The notes below the pieces were generated by a model that searched no databases, was not told the origin of the DNA, and saw nothing but the letters and a program-made list of their open reading frames with translations. Of a stretch of 64,000 bases of DNA, positions 59,386 to 64,000 are shown in pieces. This stretch comes from Planctomycetota bacterium. Its GTDB lineage: Bacteria > Planctomycetota > JAJSAM01 > JAJVHW01. Both the position numbers and the translations under genes were made by a program. Position 1 is the first letter of the stretch. The number at the start of each line of letters is the position of its first letter. Location of the stretch: positions 353-64,352 of the forward strand of contig JAJFFG010000128.1 of assembly GCA_021776825.1 (NCBI GenBank), given 5' to 3'.

Positions 59386-59781
59386 TTACTCAGGAGTTGG
59401 TCTGGGCTCGTCGGCCAGCCTGTCCTCCGTCTCGCCTGACCCGTGCTCCGTCTGCTCGTGTTCCGTCCGAACCGGCCCGGCCTCCGACGGGACCGAGATG
59501 TCCTCCGTCGCGACCTCTGTCGGGGCGCTCGCTCCGGGCGCGGGCAATGCGGTGAGCGCCTGTTCGATCGGCGCCCTCGCATCGTCCCACGCGCGGCGCA
59601 CGCTGCGTCGCGGATCGAGGTCGCGAACGTCCACCCCGACCGCGTCGGTGGTCTCCTTCAGCCCGCGCTTCAGCTCGGCGAGGCTTCGTCCGACCGCTGC
59701 GGCGACCTCGGGGAGCTTGCCGCCGTAGACGAGGAGCGCCACGAAGAGGATGAGGGCGATCTCTCCCATCCCGAGCTCCAT
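59386..59781 (-). CDS. Twin-arginine translocase TatA/TatB family subunit
   Basis: LGMGEIALILFVALLVYGGKLPEVAAAVGRSLAELKRG; AGGAG RBS. Confidence 0.88.
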   Translation of the reverse strand: MELGMGEIALILFVALLVYGGKLPEVAAAVGRSLAELKRGLKETTDAVGVDVRDLDPRRSVRRAWDDARAPIEQALTALPAPGASAPTEVATEDISVPSEAGPVRTEHEQTEHGSGETEDRLADEPRPTPE

Positions 59782-59909
59782 GGTGGCGCGTGCTCCTTTG
59801 TCTGCCGGATAGCAACCGGTGTCTCTCAGCGAGCGACTGGCTCTCTCGGGCGGCGACGGGCGACACGGCGGGTGAGGTCGCCCCCGGCCCGGCTCCGCCC
59901 CAGCCGGTC

Positions 59910-62855
59910 TCAGTAGAGCCGGAAGCGCCGGAACTCGCGCCACTCGCGCGTACGGTAGTTCCAGTCCCCCTGCGTACAGTCGAACTCTCTCGCGCGCCCC
60001 TTCTCGGGGTCATTCTCGACGACGTGCACGAGGTTGCTCGAGCGCGAGCGTAACAGCAGCCACGATCCACGGACCTCGACCCGATCGGAGGTGGCCCGTA
60101 GGCCACGCGATGACGTGAGAACCACGTTCCTCCGAGCGGACCCCTCCGCGATTGCGTACGTGACGCGATCCTGAAGGCGCCCCGTGGCCTTCGGGTCGAA
60201 CGTCAGGCTGACGCGTTCACACGTGAGTTGCGCGTCCTGGACCCATCGGTGGCCAGCGTCGAGCGACTCCCACCGCATCTGCACATTCCCGGATGCGCGG
60301 CCACCGCTGGGCTTCAGCTCAATCGGGCCCTCCGCATCGATGCGGAGGCGTTCCGGAAGCGGGCGCGGCGTCTCGGGCGTCGGGTCGTCGAACAGGTATC
60401 GGATGATCCGACCACCCTGGCAGGTGATCCGCTTGACCTCTCGTCGCTGTCCCTCTCGCGCTGGGGCGAGCTCGACCTCGATGCGATCGGAGTGGACGAA
60501 GCTGTCGTACGACACGTTCGCGTCGGGCGCGAGGCCGGGGTCGGACAGCGCGGGATCGGACATCACAGGGTTCGTGGCTCGTAGCAGCGCGCGGGCCGGC
60601 CGGCCCGTCACGACAGCGCGGCCACCGACGTGGTCATAGGTCAGGTCGGCGCCGGTCACGACGGTCCGGCGACTCTCGAGCGTCACGCCACCGGAGGCTG
60701 CGATACCGAGGAGGTCGTCGGTTCGGCGGGGGGTCGCGCTGCCGTCCGACTCGCGTAGCGTGGCTCGGATCTCGCTCGCGAGGATCGAGATCTCGCCGGA
60801 GAGGGCGTCGCCCTCTGTGGCGTCGGCGCTGCGGTTGATCACAGCGCGGGCTCCGCGTCGCGCGATCAGTTGTGTGCCGCCGTCCTGGTAGCGGAGCTCG
60901 ACGGCCCGCAACTCGTGGACGCGCGCCGGGCGGCCATCGATGCGCGCTTCCTCGAGGCGGGCGCTGGCCGGTCGGCGGGGTTCGCCAACCACCACCACGT
61001 TGGTGCTGGTCGTGGGGTCGGCGGTCGCGTCGCCCATCCGGCTCGCTGACAGTCGGTCACCCCGGAGCGTGACATGGCGATCGCCCGGCCGCTCCCCACG
61101 GCCCGTGACGAGTACATCGCCGTGCGCGCGCAGGCTGCTCGGCCGCCGGTCCTGCGCGACGCGGACATCCGTCGTTTGCGCGCTCATGCGATACGACTCG
61201 CGCTCTCCAACGATGCGCCGGACCACGACCCCGCCGGTCGCCGAGACGAGCGCGAGTGGTTGCTCGGGCGCGAGATCCTCGGGGCGGTAGTAGGTCGCGT
61301 TGATCTCGTTGCTCGCCGTCAGAAGCAGCCGCGCCGGCTGATCGTCGCGCGCGACGCCGGTGAGGTTCATGCCGCCGGTGTCATCGAAACTCGCCGTCGG
61401 CGTCCCGGTCAGGATCAGCCGCTCGATCCCCTGCTCCGGGTGCACCGTCCACGTGACGTTGCCGCTCTGCGCCCGGAGCGCGAGCCGCTTCAGGTGCACT
61501 CGCTCGGCGTCGCTGCCTGTGGCGGTCAGTGCCTCGGGAACCAGCCGACCGCCGGCCGCCGCGTCGCGGGCTCCGAGCAGGCTGACGACAGGTGCCGCGA
61601 TCTCCGTCTCGAGGTCGCCCGTCTTGGCGTTCCACTGCTTGGCGACGACGCCGTCGCGGAAGGTCGCGTGACTGCGCACGGGTCGGTCGGGTCGCGAGGC
61701 GGCGCCGTCGGTGTGGAACACCGCCGGCCCAGCGCAGGTGACCTCGACACGACCGGTGCCCGAGGTGCTGAGCACACCCTCGAAGATGGCCTGCGTCCCA
61801 CCGAGGAACGTGACGTCGTTGCCGCCCTTGGCGTCGCGCGTGGTTTCGGCGCTTACGGCCCGGATCGAGTATGTCGACGCTCCGTCCTCCCGGAGGCCCT
61901 CGGCAAGCACATTGCCATCCGCGACGGAGCGCAGGATCTCGAGGCCATCACGGGTGCCGCTCGCCAGTCGAAACTCGATCTCCAGCCGCCCGCACCGCAG
62001 CGTGCGGTCGCCCTGCACGACGGTCACGTTCTCGCGGAACTCGACGCGCCAGCGCTTCTGGGATTTGCCAACGCCGTGGACCTCCGCCGATCCAGAGCAC
62101 GTGATCGTGGCTGGAACGGGCGCGGCGCCGGGCACGCCCCCCTCGCCCGCGAGCTCCCCGGGTCGGGTGAGGAACGTCCCGGTCACGTCGCGCTTGAGGA
62201 GCGCGCGGGGTGTGTCGAGGTCGGCGTCCAGGCCCGTGCCCTCGATGTGAGCTCCGCGACCTTCGACGACGACGTGCTCCTCGGTCGAGGCCTGCCGCGT
62301 CTCGGCGTCGACGAACAGACGCTCACTGCGGAGTGTCAGGTCCCCATCCACAGCGTGACGGGTGACGGTGACGTCGCCGACGAGGTCTGCTCGGAACTCC
62401 TCTCCCTCGCGGATGGAGAGCTCGGCTTCGCGCGCGTCGATCCGCGTCGTGTCCGGACCCTCGATGGCTCGCGGTCGCGGCTCAGTGGGTGTCGGGCGGA
62501 GGTGGAAGAGCAGAAGCGCGAACTGCTCGGCGTGCAGTCTTCGCTGCTCGCTCGAGGATCCAGGGCGTGGCTTCTGGCGCGCCCAGCGCGCCTCAAATGC
62601 CCGGTACGGCAGCGGCTGGCCGTCGACGACCTCGGTCCCGTCGCGCGTGACGTGCACACCGGAGCCATCTCCGACGGAGAACCCCCCTCGCATCGGGAGG
62701 ACGCTGCCCGTGTCGTCTGGGCGCGCGACCGGCGTGACGCGCGGCCCCTCGTACCCGCTGGTGACACCGCCCGCACTCCAGATGACGACGGCCATGATGC
62801 CGCCGAAGACAACACCGAAGATCGCGACGCGCCGCAGTCCCGCCAGGCGACTCAT
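59910..62855 (-). CDS. Large LptC/LptA(OstA)-like beta-jellyroll repeat protein
   Basis: N-terminal TM; LptC-like 'LRSERLFVD.....STEEHVVVEG....IEGTGL.ADL' and LptA-like 'FRENVTVVQGDRTLRC.RL', 'A.G.V', 'GADLTYD' repeats; directly downstream of kdsC. Confidence 0.7.
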   Translation of the reverse strand: MSRLAGLRRVAIFGVVFGGIMAVVIWSAGGVTSGYEGPRVTPVARPDDTGSVLPMRGGFSVGDGSGVHVTRDGTEVVDGQPLPYRAFEARWARQKPRPGSSSEQRRLHAEQFALLLFHLRPTPTEPRPRAIEGPDTTRIDAREAELSIREGEEFRADLVGDVTVTRHAVDGDLTLRSERLFVDAETRQASTEEHVVVEGRGAHIEGTGLDADLDTPRALLKRDVTGTFLTRPGELAGEGGVPGAAPVPATITCSGSAEVHGVGKSQKRWRVEFRENVTVVQGDRTLRCGRLEIEFRLASGTRDGLEILRSVADGNVLAEGLREDGASTYSIRAVSAETTRDAKGGNDVTFLGGTQAIFEGVLSTSGTGRVEVTCAGPAVFHTDGAASRPDRPVRSHATFRDGVVAKQWNAKTGDLETEIAAPVVSLLGARDAAAGGRLVPEALTATGSDAERVHLKRLALRAQSGNVTWTVHPEQGIERLILTGTPTASFDDTGGMNLTGVARDDQPARLLLTASNEINATYYRPEDLAPEQPLALVSATGGVVVRRIVGERESYRMSAQTTDVRVAQDRRPSSLRAHGDVLVTGRGERPGDRHVTLRGDRLSASRMGDATADPTTSTNVVVVGEPRRPASARLEEARIDGRPARVHELRAVELRYQDGGTQLIARRGARAVINRSADATEGDALSGEISILASEIRATLRESDGSATPRRTDDLLGIAASGGVTLESRRTVVTGADLTYDHVGGRAVVTGRPARALLRATNPVMSDPALSDPGLAPDANVSYDSFVHSDRIEVELAPAREGQRREVKRITCQGGRIIRYLFDDPTPETPRPLPERLRIDAEGPIELKPSGGRASGNVQMRWESLDAGHRWVQDAQLTCERVSLTFDPKATGRLQDRVTYAIAEGSARRNVVLTSSRGLRATSDRVEVRGSWLLLRSRSSNLVHVVENDPEKGRAREFDCTQGDWNYRTREWREFRRFRLY

Positions 62856-63427
62856 CGCGAGTCCTCACGATCCGGAAGGTAGAGATCCAGGACGGCCACG
62901 CGATCACCGCGCGCCTCCAGGATCAGATCGGCCACCTCGCGTACCGCGCCCGCGCCACCACGGCGCCGCGTCACGTAGTCAGCGGCGCGGCGCACCTCGA
63001 CCGTGCCGTCCGCGACGGACAGGGCGAGCCCGGCCAACGAGAGCGCCGGGCCGTCGAGTAGGTCATCTCCGATGTACGCGATCCTCTCGAGGGGGATGCC
63101 CCAGCTCTCGCTCATCGCGCGCAGCGCGCCGGCCTTCTCCCGGCAACCCTCGACGACTTCGTCGACCTTCATCGCGCCGCGGCCGCCGCTCGGAATCCCG
63201 GTACTGCGCCCAGTGATCAGTCCGACGCGCAGGCCCGCCTTGTGGAGCATCCATGTGCCGGAGCCATCGCGGACGTGGAACGACATGGACTCCGAGCCAT
63301 CGCTCGAGACGTGAATGCGGCCGTCGGTCAGGACGCCGTCGACGTCGCAGACGAGAGCCTCCACCCGGGCGAACGCTTCCCGCACCGAGCTGTCGAGCGC
63401 TCCCAGGATCGCCTCAGTCGACGTCAT
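62852..63427 (-). CDS. kdsC: 3-deoxy-D-manno-octulosonate 8-phosphate phosphatase
   Basis: CDVDGVLTDG, F.VRDG, ITGR, YIGDDLLD, GGAGAVRE. Confidence 0.92.
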   Translation of the reverse strand: MTSTEAILGALDSSVREAFARVEALVCDVDGVLTDGRIHVSSDGSESMSFHVRDGSGTWMLHKAGLRVGLITGRSTGIPSGGRGAMKVDEVVEGCREKAGALRAMSESWGIPLERIAYIGDDLLDGPALSLAGLALSVADGTVEVRRAADYVTRRRGGAGAVREVADLILEARGDRVAVLDLYLPDREDSR

Positions 63428-63488
63428 CGAGAGCGCCGGATCAGCGTGGGCAGAATCGTCAGCCCGGGCGGAGTCGGAGGGGTCGCGA

Positions 63489-64000
63489 TCAGAGCGCAAC
63501 ACCCCACTCCACGACGTCCTGGACATCGAGTAGCCCGATGACGCGACCGGTGTCGTCGACAACCGGGATCTCGTCGATCTGGTGCTCCTTGATGAGCCGG
63601 TACGTCTCTGCGAGTAGGTCGCTGGTTCTCGCCACCTTGGGTCCCGCGGTCATCACGGCCGAGACCTCGAGGTCGAGCAGCCCGGGCTTCTCGAGTAGGC
63701 CGCGGCGCAGGTCGCCATCCGTGAGGATGCCCAGCAGCGTACCCCCGGGCTCCGCCACGAGGAGGGCGCCGGAGCGGGGTCGAAGCGGGTCGGACATCTC
63801 ACGCAGGGCGGTCGCAATCGTCGTGCCGGGAGCGACGGTGGTGACGGCCTCGAGCGGCCGCATCACCTCCCCGACGGTCACCAGTGAGCGCCCGAGCGCG
63901 CCACCGGGGTGGAACAGCGCGTAGTCCTCTCTGCGAAAGGACTTACGGTGCGCCACCGCCATCGCCAGAGCGTCACCGAGGGCGAGCATTGCGGTGGTGC
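63489..64000 (-). CDS. kdsD: Arabinose-5-phosphate isomerase KdsD/GutQ (3' part; runs off the window)
   Basis: TTAMLALGDALA, FHPGGALG, CBS pair with GILTDGDLRR and IDEIPVVD. Confidence 0.92.
   Translation of the reverse strand, partial: TTAMLALGDALAMAVAHRKSFRREDYALFHPGGALGRSLVTVGEVMRPLEAVTTVAPGTTIATALREMSDPLRPRSGALLVAEPGGTLLGILTDGDLRRGLLEKPGLLDLEVSAVMTAGPKVARTSDLLAETYRLIKEHQIDEIPVVDDTGRVIGLLDVQDVVEWGVAL

Overview
Very GC-rich bacterial chromosome segment spanning the replication origin: dnaA-oriC-dnaN-dciA(DUF721)-gyrB, with parB and two perfect parS sites about 15-17 kb upstream. The organism is diderm (kdsD/kdsC/Lpt-like genes). The protein families (DUF1570-like HEXXH proteins, zinc-ribbon membrane proteins, many carboxypeptidase-regulatory-like beta-sandwich proteins, a DUF1501-like Tat protein) suggest Planctomycetota (inference). 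I call about 49 CDSs and see no rRNA, tRNA, CRISPR or transposase. Most notable: (1) an intact MglA-type small GTPase fused in one polypeptide to a GAF domain and a histidine kinase, with no MglB or response regulator nearby; (2) a secreted three-gene operon encoding a Tat DUF1501-like protein, a decaheme cytochrome c with an LVIVD propeller, and an 8-EF-hand protein; (3) a bacillithiol operon (bshC-bshB1-bshA) translationally coupled to a SAM methyltransferase, a candidate N-methyl-bacillithiol pathway; (4) a recurring 25-bp dyad TAA-N19-TTA motif, with one copy inside oriC; (5) a YtrA-like regulator that apparently starts at ATC, GTAG-type REP doublets, a parS nested in a 36-bp perfect palindrome, and a giant 981-aa LptC/LptA-like protein. 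All calls come from motif recognition by eye; no database searches were run.
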